Virus record (IMG/VR): IMGVR_UViG_3300026279_000004
Span: 1 to 38,363 of that record
DNA from: a virus
Lineage: Duplodnaviria > Caudoviricetes
DNA: 38,363 nt
Reading direction: 5' to 3' (one strand)
Shown one piece after another: positions 1 to 9,383 of the stretch (positions are counted from its first letter, which is position 1; each line of letters starts with the position of its first letter). Both the position numbers and the translations under genes were made by a program. Below the pieces are notes generated by a model. It made no database searches, was not told the DNA's origin, and worked only from the letters and a program-made list of their open reading frames with translations.

Positions 1-3000
1 ATCACCCTTATCACCAGTTCTAGCAAAAGTAACTATAATATCTTCTGCATTACTAAATGGTGATGTAGCTGATGAATCAACTACAGATATAACAATTGTG
101 TGCCATCCTGTATTATCAGTTTGACTTGAGATTGTTGCTAATATAAACTGACTACTATCAGTTTTATTTGAAATCTTTACGTGTCCTTTAATAGTAGATG
201 TGGAATCATCTATGGTAACAAGATAACTTGAAATATCTGTACCATTAACATCTAATTCATCAATAGCTATGTTAGTAGCTGTATTTTGGTCTGCGTCATT
301 AAGTCTTAGAGCACCACTTCCTGGGTCAACCATTGAAGTAGCTGTAGCAAAATCATACTCAAATGAAGCTCCACCAAAATTACCATCTACACCACTTGAA
401 CCACTTGAGCCACTTGACCCAGATGAACCACTGGAACCACTGGAACCAGATGAACCACTTGAACCACTCGTTCCACTTGAACCTGAAGAACCACTACTTC
501 CACTTGAACCACTTGAACCACTCGTTCCACTTGAACCACTTGAACCAGATGAACCACTTGAACCACTTGAACCTGACGTTCCATCAGTTCCATCAGTTCC
601 ACTTGTACCATCAGTTCCACTTGAACCACTGGAACCAGAACTTCCACTTGTACCATCCGTTCCACTTGAACCACTTGTTCCACTTGAACCACTGGAACCT
701 GAACTTCCACTTGAACCACTTGTTCCAGATGAACCTGACGAACCACTTGTGCCATCAGTTCCACTTGTACCATCCGTTCCACTTGAACCACTTGAACCTG
801 AAGAACCACTCGAACCACTTGTGCCAGATGTTCCACTTGAACCTGAAGAACCACTACTTCCACTTGAACCTGACGTTCCATCTGTACCACTTGTGCCACT
901 TGAACCTGACGAGCCACTGGAACCTGAAGAACCACTACTTCCACTTGTTCCATCAGTTCCACTTGAACCACTTGTTCCACTACTTCCACTTGTTCCACTT
1001 GAACCTGAAGAACCACTACTTCCACTTGAACCACTCGAACCGCTTGTTCCACTTGTTCCATCCGTTCCACTGGAACCTGAACTTCCACTTGACCCACTTG
1101 AGCCACTGGAACCACTTGAACCACTTGTTCCATCTGTACCTGAAGTTCCATCAGTTCCACTTGAACCACTGGAACCACTTGAACCACTTGTTCCAGAACT
1201 TCCACTTGTTCCAGAACTTCCACTTGAACCACTTGAACCCGAACTTCCACTTGTACCATCCGTTCCACTTGAACCTGAAGAACCAGATGAACCAGAACTA
1301 CCACTTGTACCAGCGGGGCCTGGAGCACCTTCTAAATTAACTTCCCAATCATCATATGTACCTGTACCAGTATTTGATGTAGAATCTAATACAAGTACAC
1401 CAGTACCAGTCGTATAAGAAGTTACCTCACCTACAAATTTATTATCATTATCAGACGCAACAAGTGCTGATTGACCAACAGACCACGATAATCCAGTACC
1501 TATTGTAATTGTTACTGCAGTTGGATGTGATGTTGGTATTGCCTTAGAAGTAGAAGATGTTGAAGCATATTTATCAGACACACCACTTGTACCAGCACTA
1601 CCACTTGAACCTGAAGAACCACTACTTCCACTTGAACCACTTGTTCCATCTGTACCTGAAGAACCTGACGTGCCACTTGAACCACTTGAACCAGAACTTC
1701 CACTCGAACCTGAAGAACCACTACTTCCACTCGTTCCATCAGTTCCACTTGTTCCATCTGTACCAGATGTACCATCAGTTCCCGAAGAACCACTACTTCC
1801 ACTCGTTCCATCAGTTCCACTTGAACCAGAAGAACCACTACTTCCACTTGAACCACTACTTCCACTTGTTCCATCAGTTCCACTACTTCCACTTGAGCCA
1901 CTTGAACCACTTGAACCACTGGAACCACTTGTTCCATCAGTTCCAGATGTACCATCTGTACCACTTGACCCACTTGAACCTGAAGAACCACTACTTCCAC
2001 TTGTTCCATCAGTTCCACTTGAACCAGACGAACCACTGGAACCACTACTTCCACTTGTTCCATCAGTTCCACTTGAACCACTTGACCCACTTGAACCTGA
2101 AGAACCACTTGTTCCTGCATCACCAGTTCTAGCAAAGGTAACAATTACATCTTCACCATCTGAAAAGGGTGTAGCACCAGATGAATCTACAGCACTTACT
2201 GTAATATCAAAATATCCAGCATTTTCTGTTAAACTTGAAATTGTTAATAATATAAATTGACTTGAGTCTAATTTATTTGAAATCTTTACATGACCTTTAA
2301 TAGCACTTGTAGAATCATCAATAGTACGCATATAACTTTGTATATCAGTACCATCCGAATCGGAATCATCTATATAAATACCTGTTGCAGTATTTTGTGT
2401 AGCGTTATCTAATCTTAGTTTACCAGTTCCTGGGTCACTATCTGTAGTTGATGTATCAAAGTCATATGCAAATGTTACACCACCAAAGTTTCCATCTACA
2501 CCACTTGAACCACTGGAACCAGATGAACCACTTGAACCTGACGAGCCACTGGAACCTGAAGAACCACTACTTCCACTTGTTCCATCAGTTCCACTTGAGC
2601 CACTTGAGCCACTTGTTCCATCAGTACCCGAAGTTCCATCAGTTCCACTTGAACCTGAAGAACCTGACGACCCACTTGAACCAGATGTACCAGCAGTTCC
2701 ACTTGAACCCGAACTTCCACTTGAACCCGAACTTCCACTTGAACCCGAAGAACCACTTGTTCCATCAGTTCCAGATGTACCATCAGTTCCTGAAGACCCA
2801 CTTGAACCTGACGAACCACTACTTCCACTTGTTCCATCAGTTCCACTTGTTCCATCAGTTCCAGACGAACCACTTGTACCTGATGAACCTGACGAGCCAC
2901 TTGAACCACTTGTTCCAGAACTTCCACTTGAACCACTTGAACCAGAAGACCCACTTGTTCCATCTGTACCACTTGAACCACTTGAACCACTTGAACCTGA

Positions 3001-6000
3001 AGAACCACTTGTTCCATCAGTTCCACTTGTTCCACTTGAACCACTGGAACCTGAGCTTCCACTTGAACCACTCGAGCCACTTGTTCCACTTGAACCACTG
3101 GAACCACTTGTTCCGTCTGTACCAGAAGTTCCATCAGTTCCACTTGAACCACTTGAACCAGACGAACCACTTGTTCCATCAGTTCCAGAACTTCCACTTG
3201 TTCCACTTGAACCCGAACTTCCACTTGAACCTGACGAACCACTTGTTCCGTCTGTACCCGAAGTTCCATCAGTTCCACTTGAACCACTTGAACCTGAAGA
3301 ACCACTTGTTCCTGCTGGCCCTTCAACACCACCAAGATTTACTTCCCAATCATCATAAGTACCCGTACCAGTATTTGATGTAGAAGCTAATTCCACAACT
3401 CCCGTTACACTATTATATGCACTTACTGAACCTTGAAATTTCTTTAAATTTGTATACGCTACAAGAGCAGTCTGACCAATCGTCCATTGTAAACCAGTTC
3501 CAATTGTTATTGTAACAGTAGTTGGATGTGATGTTGGTATAGCTACACTTGTAGAAGATGTAGTTTCATACGCATCACCAGTTAAACCACTTGAACCACT
3601 TGAACCACTTGAGCCAGATGAACCTGACGAACCACTTGTTCCATCAGTTCCACTTGAACCACTGGAACCTGAGCTTCCACTTGAACCACTCGAGCCACTT
3701 GTTCCACTTGACCCACTTGAACCCGAACTTCCACTTGAACCACTTGTTCCATCTGTACCTGAAGTTCCATCAGTTCCACTTGTACCATCTGTACCAGATG
3801 TACCATCAGTTCCACTTGAACCACTGGAACCTGAAGAACCAGAAGAACCAGAAGAACCACTTGTTCCGCTTGAACCACTTGTACCACTTGAGCCAGACGA
3901 ACCACTTGTTCCGTCTGTACCAGAAGTTCCATCAGTTCCACTTGAACCACTCGAACCTGAGCTTCCACTCGAACCACTCGAACCACTTGTTCCATCAGTT
4001 CCACTGGAACCACTTGAACCAGATGAACCACTTGAACCTGACGTTCCATCAGTTCCACTTGTTCCTGCCTCGCCTGTATCACCTTTATCACCAGTTCTAG
4101 CAAAGGTAGCTATTATATCATCATTATCACCAAATGGTGATGCCGTTGAATAATCTACATTAGTAACGGCTATAGTAAAATAACCAGAATTTTCTGTTAA
4201 ATCTGTTATAGTAAATAATAAAAATTCACCAGTAGAGAATTTTTTTGAAATCTTTACATGACCTTTTAAAGTTGATGTACTATCGTCAATGGTACGCATA
4301 TAACTTTGTATATCAGTAGAATTTACATCAGTATCATCTATATAAATTTCAGTAGCAGTATTTTGTGTAGCACTACTTAATCGTAACATCCCAGTGCCTG
4401 GGTCTGAATCTGAAGTAAATGTTGCTTCAAAATCATATTCAAATGAAGCTCCACCAAAGTTTCCGTCTAAACCACTTGAACCACTTGAACCAGAAGACCC
4501 ACTTGAACCAGAAGTTCCATCAGTACCACTTGAACCACTGGAACCAGAACTACCACTTGAACCTGATGTACCATCAGTTCCACTTGAACCACTTGAACCT
4601 GACGAACCACTACTTCCACTTGTTCCATCAGTTCCACTTGTTCCATCAGTTCCACTTGTTCCGTCTGTACCACTTGAACCTGAACTTCCACTTGAGCCAC
4701 TCGAACCACTTGAACCACTCGTTCCACTTGAACCACTTGAACCACTTGTTCCATCTGTACCAGATGTACCATCAGTTCCACTTGAACCTGAAGAACCTGA
4801 AGAACCACTACTTCCACTTGTTCCGTCTGTACCACTCGAACCACTGGAACCACTTGAACCTGAACTTCCACTGGAACCACTTGTACCATCAGTTCCTGAA
4901 GACCCACTTGAACCACTTGAACCACTTGAACCTGACGAACCACTCGTACCATCTGTACCAGATGTACCATCAGTTCCACTTGTACCATCAGTTCCACTTG
5001 AACCTGAAGAACCAGATGTTCCATCATCTCCTGCAACACCTTCTAAATTTACAGACCATGTATCAATAGTACCAGTACCATTATTTGATTCCGAGTCACC
5101 TATTAAAACTCCTGTACCAGTATTATAACTGGTTACTTCCATTAAAAATCTTTTTGACGCGTCACCTGTTTTAGCTACAAGAGATTTTTGACCTGTACTC
5201 CATCCAAGTCCAGTACCAACAGTAATTGTTACTGTGGTTGGGTGTGATGTTGGTATAGCTACACTTGTAGAAGATGTTGTAACATAGGTATCGGATACGC
5301 CACTTGTTCCATCCGTTCCAGAACTTCCACTTGACCCACTTGTTCCATCCGTTCCAGAACTTCCACTTGACCCACTTGACCCTGACGAGCCACTTGTTCC
5401 ATCAGTTCCACTTGTTCCGTCTGTACCAGACGTTCCATCAGTTCCACTTGTTCCATCAGTTCCACTTGAACCACTGGAACCTGAAGAACCACTTGTTCCA
5501 CTTGTTCCAGACGAACCACTTGAACCACTTGAACCTGAAGACCCACTACTTCCACTTGTTCCGTCTGTACCACTCGAACCACTGGAACCACTGGAACCCG
5601 AACTTCCACTGGAACCACTTGTACCATCAGTTCCACTTGAGCCTGACGAGCCACTTGTTCCATCAGTTCCACTTGTTCCACTTGAACCACTGGAACCAGA
5701 ACTTCCACTTGAACCTGAAGAACCACTTGTGCCACTTGTTCCAGACGAACCACTACTTCCACTTGAACCAGAACTTCCACTTGTTCCATCAGTACCCGAA
5801 GTTCCATCAGTACCCGAAGTTCCATCGGTGCCAGACGAACCACTGCTTCCACTGGAACCAGACGAACCACTTGTTCCACTTGTTCCAGACGAACCACTAC
5901 TTCCACTTGAACCAGAACTTCCACTTGTTCCACTTGTTCCACTTGAGCCACTTGAGCCACTGGAACCAGAAGAACCAGAAGAACCACTTGTTCCACTCAT

Positions 6001-6048
6001 TCCCGCTATAAGAACGTCATCTAATTGTTTTTCTTCAATTTTGGCCAT
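1..6048 (-). CDS. Giant Gly-X-Y (GSS/GTS/GTD) repeat fibre protein with alternating globular domains; 3'-truncated by the window edge, at least 2016 aa
   Basis: Absent from the ORF track because it has no stop inside the window. ATG at 6048 reads MAKIEEKQLDDVLIAGMSGTSGSSG. The frame was spot-checked at 4081, 2101 and 1, each giving TFARTGD(K/A)G. It has six triplet blocks separated by domain A (x3) and domain B (x3), and an ATATTTAT motif at 6076-6083 upstream. Confidence 0.9.
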   Translation of the reverse strand, partial: MAKIEEKQLDDVLIAGMSGTSGSSGSSGSSGSSGSSGTSGTSGSSGSSGSSGSSGTSGTSGSSGSSGSSGSSGTDGTSGTDGTSGTDGTSGSSGSSGSSGSSGTSGTSGSSGSSGSSGSSGSSGTSGTDGTSGSSGSSGTDGTSGSSGSSGSSGSSGSSGTDGTSGSSGSSGSSGSSGSSGTSGTSGSSGSSGSSGTDGTSGTDGTSGTDGTSGTDGTSGSSGSSGSSGSSGTDGTSGSSGSSGTDGTSGVSDTYVTTSSTSVAIPTSHPTTVTITVGTGLGWSTGQKSLVAKTGDASKRFLMEVTSYNTGTGVLIGDSESNNGTGTIDTWSVNLEGVAGDDGTSGSSGSSGTDGTSGTDGTSGTDGTSGSSGSSGSSGSSGSSGTDGTSGSSGSSGSSGSSGSSGTDGTSGSSGSSGSSGSSGTDGTSGTDGTSGSSGSSGTSGSSGSSGSSGSSGSSGTDGTSGTDGTSGTDGTSGSSGSSGSSGSSGTDGTSGSSGSSGSSGSSGTDGTSGSSGSSGSSGSSGLDGNFGGASFEYDFEATFTSDSDPGTGMLRLSSATQNTATEIYIDDTDVNSTDIQSYMRTIDDSTSTLKGHVKISKKFSTGEFLLFTITDLTENSGYFTIAVTNVDYSTASPFGDNDDIIATFARTGDKGDTGEAGTSGTDGTSGSSGSSGSSGSSGTDGTSGSSGSSGSSGSSGSSGTDGTSGTDGTSGSSGSSGTSGSSGTSGSSGSSGSSGSSGSSGTDGTSGTDGTSGTDGTSGTDGTSGSSGSSGSSGSSGTSGSSGSSGSSGSSGSSGTDGTSGSSGSSGSSGSSGSSGLTGDAYETTSSTSVAIPTSHPTTVTITIGTGLQWTIGQTALVAYTNLKKFQGSVSAYNSVTGVVELASTSNTGTGTYDDWEVNLGGVEGPAGTSGSSGSSGSSGTDGTSGTDGTSGSSGSSGSSGSSGTSGSSGTDGTSGSSGSSGSSGTDGTSGTDGTSGSSGSSGTSGSSGSSGSSGSSGSSGTSGTDGTSGSSGSSGSSGSSGTDGTSGSSGSSGSSGSSGTSGSSGSSGSSGTSGSSGTDGTSGTDGTSGSSGSSGSSGSSGTDGTSGTDGTSGSSGSSGSSGSSGSSGSSGTAGTSGSSGSSGSSGSSGTDGTSGTDGTSGSSGSSGTDGTSGSSGSSGSSGSSGSSGSSGSSGSSGVDGNFGGVTFAYDFDTSTTDSDPGTGKLRLDNATQNTATGIYIDDSDSDGTDIQSYMRTIDDSTSAIKGHVKISNKLDSSQFILLTISSLTENAGYFDITVSAVDSSGATPFSDGEDVIVTFARTGDAGTSGSSGSSGSSGSSGTDGTSGSSGSSGSSGSSGTDGTSGSSGSSGSSGSSGTDGTSGTDGTSGSSGSSGSSGSSGSSGTDGTSGSSGSSGSSGSSGSSGTDGTSGSSGSSGTDGTSGTDGTSGTDGTSGSSGSSGSSGSSGSSGSSGTSGSSGTDGTSGSSGSSGSSGSSGSAGTSGVSDKYASTSSTSKAIPTSHPTAVTITIGTGLSWSVGQSALVASDNDNKFVGEVTSYTTGTGVLVLDSTSNTGTGTYDDWEVNLEGAPGPAGTSGSSGSSGSSGSSGTDGTSGSSGSSGSSGSSGTSGSSGTSGSSGSSGSSGTDGTSGTDGTSGSSGSSGSSGSSGSSGSSGTDGTSGTSGSSGSSGSSGSSGSSGTSGSSGTSGSSGTDGTSGSSGSSGSSGSSGSSGTSGTDGTSGSSGSSGSSGSSGTSGTSGSSGSSGSSGSSGTDGTSGTDGTSGSSGSSGTSGSSGSSGSSGSSGTSGSSGTDGTSGSSGSSGSSGTDGTSGTDGTDGTSGSSGSSGSSGSSGSSGTSGSSGSSGSSGSSGSSGTSGSSGSSGSSGSSGSSGSSGSSGSSGVDGNFGGASFEYDFATATSMVDPGSGALRLNDADQNTATNIAIDELDVNGTDISSYLVTIDDSTSTIKGHVKISNKTDSSQFILATISSQTDNTGWHTIVISVVDSSATSPFSNAEDIIVTFARTGDKGD
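390..5997 (-). repeat. Six blocks of degenerate 9-bp tandem repeats encoding G-S-S/G-T-S/G-T-D, at about 390-1310, 1582-2115, 2500-3315, 3585-4065, 4470-5030 and 5300-5997
   Basis: Plus-strand units ccacttgaa, ccacttgtt, ccatcagtt and cctgaagaa recur hundreds of times. Block edges are approximate. Confidence 0.95.
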
Positions 6049-6075
6049 TATTTATTCCAATTATTTCTCTCATAC

Positions 6076-6083
6076 ATAAATAT
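6076..6083 (-). promoter_or_regulatory. Putative late promoter element ATATTTAT
   Basis: The same 8-mer occurs on the coding strand in six separate intergenic gaps; here it lies 28 nt upstream of the ATG at 6048. Confidence 0.55.
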
Positions 6084-6087
6084 CATA

Positions 6088-7047
6088 TTATATAGTAAAC
6101 TTACCCCATCCAACTATTTCATCATCTGCATCAAATTCCATTCCTAAACTTGCACTATCAATATACAATTTTAAATTTGAATCTTCTTGTCTAATTGTAA
6201 CAGCTTCGTGTTCCATATATTGTCCATTGATAAAGAATATAAAATCATCTTTATTAGTTGAACTAAATCCATCTGGTGCTGACGCCGTATAAACACTATT
6301 AAAAGAAGCTGTTGATGGTGCAGTAACTGTATCAGCTTTCTTTGATGTAGTATTTCTAGCATAACTAAATAAAGATTCAGATACAAATGTATATGATACA
6401 GCCGCACTTCCAGTTGATGGTGTACCTGGTAAACCTTGTACTTCACCACCACCTTCAAAAGTTAAATTAGCACCTTCTAACATAGTAGAAGAAGACATAT
6501 TAGTATTAGTAGAACCAAGAAAACCTGAACCTGTAGCACCACCTATTGTCTGTAAAGTACCAGTTCCTTTGTCTACCATCCAACTTGTTTCTGATTCATC
6601 CCATAGTAATCTTGCATTATTTAAACCATTACGACCAACATTTAAACCACTATCTTGTGCCGCTAATGCGGTAGACCCACTAAAATTTAAATCAAGAATA
6701 GAATCTTCTACTGCAAAAGTAACAGTATTTTGTATAGATTGACTTCCTTCTACAACCAAATCTCCCCATATTTTAACACTACCAGACGAATACCCATCTA
6801 CAAGTAATTGAATAGAAGTATCACTTAATGAATTTCTTATTATATTATTGTACATATTAATATAACCAGTAGATAGGGTAGTACCTGAACCCATATCTAT
6901 ACTACCAGTTCCAAGTACTTCAAGACCAACTTGACCCCATTGTAATGTAGGTAGTCCAGTATCTGAACTTGTAAGTACAGAAGATTGTAAAACTCTACTC
7001 GATGATGGAGCTGGTTTTAATTGTCGTATCGGGTCTATAAGTGGCAT
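6088..7047 (-). CDS. Putative virion structural protein (hypothetical)
   Basis: 319 aa, Gly/Ser/Thr-rich with beta-type character. Contains a VEDSILDLN...DSGLNVGR...LLWDESETSW segment typical of phage fibre/structural proteins and a C-terminal FIFFINGQ..DDEIV motif. Lies in the structural operon. Confidence 0.6.
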   Translation of the reverse strand: MPLIDPIRQLKPAPSSSRVLQSSVLTSSDTGLPTLQWGQVGLEVLGTGSIDMGSGTTLSTGYINMYNNIIRNSLSDTSIQLLVDGYSSGSVKIWGDLVVEGSQSIQNTVTFAVEDSILDLNFSGSTALAAQDSGLNVGRNGLNNARLLWDESETSWMVDKGTGTLQTIGGATGSGFLGSTNTNMSSSTMLEGANLTFEGGGEVQGLPGTPSTGSAAVSYTFVSESLFSYARNTTSKKADTVTAPSTASFNSVYTASAPDGFSSTNKDDFIFFINGQYMEHEAVTIRQEDSNLKLYIDSASLGMEFDADDEIVGWGKFTI

Positions 7048-7599
7048 CTAACTTGTCTCCTGTTGATATTTAAATGAAACTATATCGTCACTATTTAAAT
7101 CTATTCCTAATAAAACTCTTTCACCTGCGACTTTATTTTCATCTTCAACATATAATTTTTTAATACGTACTTTCTTATACGTAGAATCTAAAAAGAACTC
7201 TACTCCATTAGAGCTAATAGATTGGTCTATTGTTGAACCAGATATTGACCTCATTGGCCAACCATTAACATTAACTTGAAGAGTTCCATTTTTAACTTTC
7301 CTTTTATCACCCAATAATCTTGGATGAAATTCTTGGTATTCTGAAGTAGAAGCTGTCATCTCATTGAATACAAAATTTTCTCTTGTATAATACATAGCCG
7401 AGTCACTAAAATCTTTATTTACAATATCAGTTGAATAATAAGGACTACCTTTTACTAAATTCATACTAAATCCATTTTCTATTGAACTGGTTGTACTATC
7501 GTGAAATTTTAAAATATCACCACCAAAAGCAGATTCAGAAATTGGTGATACAAAATCTCTTGTAGTACCACCATACCCTTCTACTTGTGTAATACCCAC
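7048..7599 (-). CDS. Hypothetical virion protein, paralogue of 7599-8096
   Basis: 183 aa. Its GTG start overlaps the upstream TAG. Shares KNGT.xVNVNG, F(F/Y)L, (K/R)KLY and DIV...QQE with its neighbour. Confidence 0.6.
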   Translation of the reverse strand: MGITQVEGYGGTTRDFVSPISESAFGGDILKFHDSTTSSIENGFSMNLVKGSPYYSTDIVNKDFSDSAMYYTRENFVFNEMTASTSEYQEFHPRLLGDKRKVKNGTLQVNVNGWPMRSISGSTIDQSISSNGVEFFLDSTYKKVRIKKLYVEDENKVAGERVLLGIDLNSDDIVSFKYQQETS

Positions 7600-8096
7600 T
7601 AAATCTTCTCCTGTTGAAACGATATATTAACTATATCACTTGGTTCAAGTGTTAAACCCAATCCACCAGTATATAATTTTCTTACATTAACTTGTTCATA
7701 AGAACTACTTAGATAAAAATCTACTGTACTTGGCCCCAATTGGTCTGTATTAGATACCATTATTGTTCCATTAACATTCACATCTATCGTACCATTTTTT
7801 ATACGATACCCACTATCAAGAGATGATGAAAATTCAAAAACTTGTGAATTATTTTGACCTATTGATGACGATTCATTTCCAGCAAAATTATAAATTTTTC
7901 TATAATACCGACTACCAATATAATCCAAATTAACAGTATCGCTACCAGATACCGCAGTACCATCTCCTCTCATTATAAATATCGTCTCACCACCAAAAGT
8001 ATTAGTAAACTCTATATCTGTAGCTTGATTTCCTGTTTGCGTTTCTGCTAATCTAATAAAATCTGTTACTCCGCCTAATTGATTATTAACTCCCAT
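7599..8096 (-). CDS. Hypothetical virion protein, paralogue of 7048-7599
   Basis: 165 aa with an AGGAG SD. Contains RIKNGTIDVNVNG...DFYL...VRKLY...DIVNISFQQE. Confidence 0.6.
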   Translation of the reverse strand: MGVNNQLGGVTDFIRLAETQTGNQATDIEFTNTFGGETIFIMRGDGTAVSGSDTVNLDYIGSRYYRKIYNFAGNESSSIGQNNSQVFEFSSSLDSGYRIKNGTIDVNVNGTIMVSNTDQLGPSTVDFYLSSSYEQVNVRKLYTGGLGLTLEPSDIVNISFQQEKI

Positions 8097-8105
8097 TATT
8101 TTCTC

Positions 8106-8894
8106 CTACTCAACAACCTCTGTTAAAGTAATTTCTTTTGGTGTAAAATATTTTCTTGTACTTATTGCTTTATTAATACTATCTGGCATCAAATATCCTC
8201 TACAACTAAAAGAAAACGAACTTCTTACAATTCTTTCTCTATCAGCTAACTCTGTAGCATCATCAAATGAATCTATAGCTACTCTAAATTTAAACTTACC
8301 AGGCTCTCCCCAATAAGAACCTTCAGAAAAATTAATTTTTTCTATTATCTCATTCATATGTTCAGTATAACTCGTCCAAATAATAGCATCATAAGTCATA
8401 GTCATATAATCTGGCATCGCGATTGAATGATATTGTCTTGCTGGTGTAAGACCTTGTTGTACACTATACTTATCATACCTATTTTCCGCATTATATAATC
8501 TTTCAAAATGATAAAATAATTGTGGGTCTTTATCACCCAATTTATCTACTGGTATACTTTCATCTTTAGCAATACTTGTTCTTTTAAAAGTTATTACTGG
8601 TAAAATAACTTGTTTCCTATTATCCCTTATCACTCCATCAACTTGAGCAGTCTTCCATCTTTCTGCATTAGAATAAAGAACAGGAACTTTAGCAACTTCA
8701 CCATTATCTTCAATAGTTGGTTTTATTACCTCATTAAAATAATACATAATTGCACCATCTACATCCATTAAACCAATGCTATAATCTTTAACATTATCTT
8801 TTTTTCTTGATAATTGTTTTCCTCTATTAGCGTTAACACCAGGGCTTCTTTCAGTTTTTTGTACTTCTGGTATTGGTCTATATCTTGTAGCCAT
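8106..8894 (-). CDS. T4 gp15-like tail terminator / sheath stabiliser
   Basis: VPVLYSNAERW...ILPVITFKRTSIAKD and MPDYMTMTYDAIIW...MNEIIEKI resemble gp15. Follows the gp13- and gp14-like genes. Confidence 0.65.
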   Translation of the reverse strand: MATRYRPIPEVQKTERSPGVNANRGKQLSRKKDNVKDYSIGLMDVDGAIMYYFNEVIKPTIEDNGEVAKVPVLYSNAERWKTAQVDGVIRDNRKQVILPVITFKRTSIAKDESIPVDKLGDKDPQLFYHFERLYNAENRYDKYSVQQGLTPARQYHSIAMPDYMTMTYDAIIWTSYTEHMNEIIEKINFSEGSYWGEPGKFKFRVAIDSFDDATELADRERIVRSSFSFSCRGYLMPDSINKAISTRKYFTPKEITLTEVVE

Positions 8895-9379
8895 TATACT
8901 TTTCTCACTCTTTCAATTTGTAAATTGACAGACCTAATTAAATGTGCAGTACAATTAACAGACCAATTTTGGTCATACATACCGCCAACCAATTGATTTT
9001 CATTTATACCATTAATTTCAAAATGTGCATAATTCCATTCTACTATATCTCCCAACTCTGGAACGAAATCTAAATCTGTCAAAGATTCTCTTAACATAAA
9101 AAATGTAGCATCTTGTAAACTATCTGCTCCAAATTCATCCATATTAAAATCTATATCACCAGACTCAATCATACAAGCTAATTTAACACCTGGTTTATAA
9201 ACTTTACCACCAGTAGACTCACCATATAAATTAGTACTCGTATCCATCACAGAAACTTTAAATATAGTTATTTGTTGATTTATTATACCATCTTTACTTA
9301 GACGTAAATCACCTATTAACTCTTTATTAAAAGTTTCAAATGTTCTTAAATCATTTGCAGAATTAAATCTTCCGGCCAT
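8894..9379 (-). CDS. T4 gp14-like neck / head-completion protein
   Basis: TNLYGES..KVY motif and PELGDIVEW..FEI. Sits between the gp13-like and gp15-like genes. Confidence 0.6.
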   Translation of the reverse strand: MAGRFNSANDLRTFETFNKELIGDLRLSKDGIINQQITIFKVSVMDTSTNLYGESTGGKVYKPGVKLACMIESGDIDFNMDEFGADSLQDATFFMLRESLTDLDFVPELGDIVEWNYAHFEINGINENQLVGGMYDQNWSVNCTAHLIRSVNLQIERVRKV

Positions 9380-9383
9380 AATA

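Noticed and set aside
390-5997. Possible CRISPR array or non-coding satellite
   Set aside because: There is no constant repeat with unique spacers. Variation is synonymous or Ser/Thr/Asp exchange, so the repeat is coding.
269-6079. ORF-track proteins rich in PLE/PLV, HLN or VVQ (plus strand and the alternate minus frame)
   Set aside because: These are shadow frames of the 9-bp repeat. They cover little beyond individual repeat blocks, while the Gly-Ser frame stays open through the globular domains.
7045-7050. Stop-codon reassignment or readthrough (TAG directly followed by an in-frame ATG; also TAA-ATG at 25926-25931)
   Set aside because: Conserved genes (capsid, portal, terminase, protease) are full length in code 11 and all three stop codons are used. 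Tight gene packing explains these junctions.
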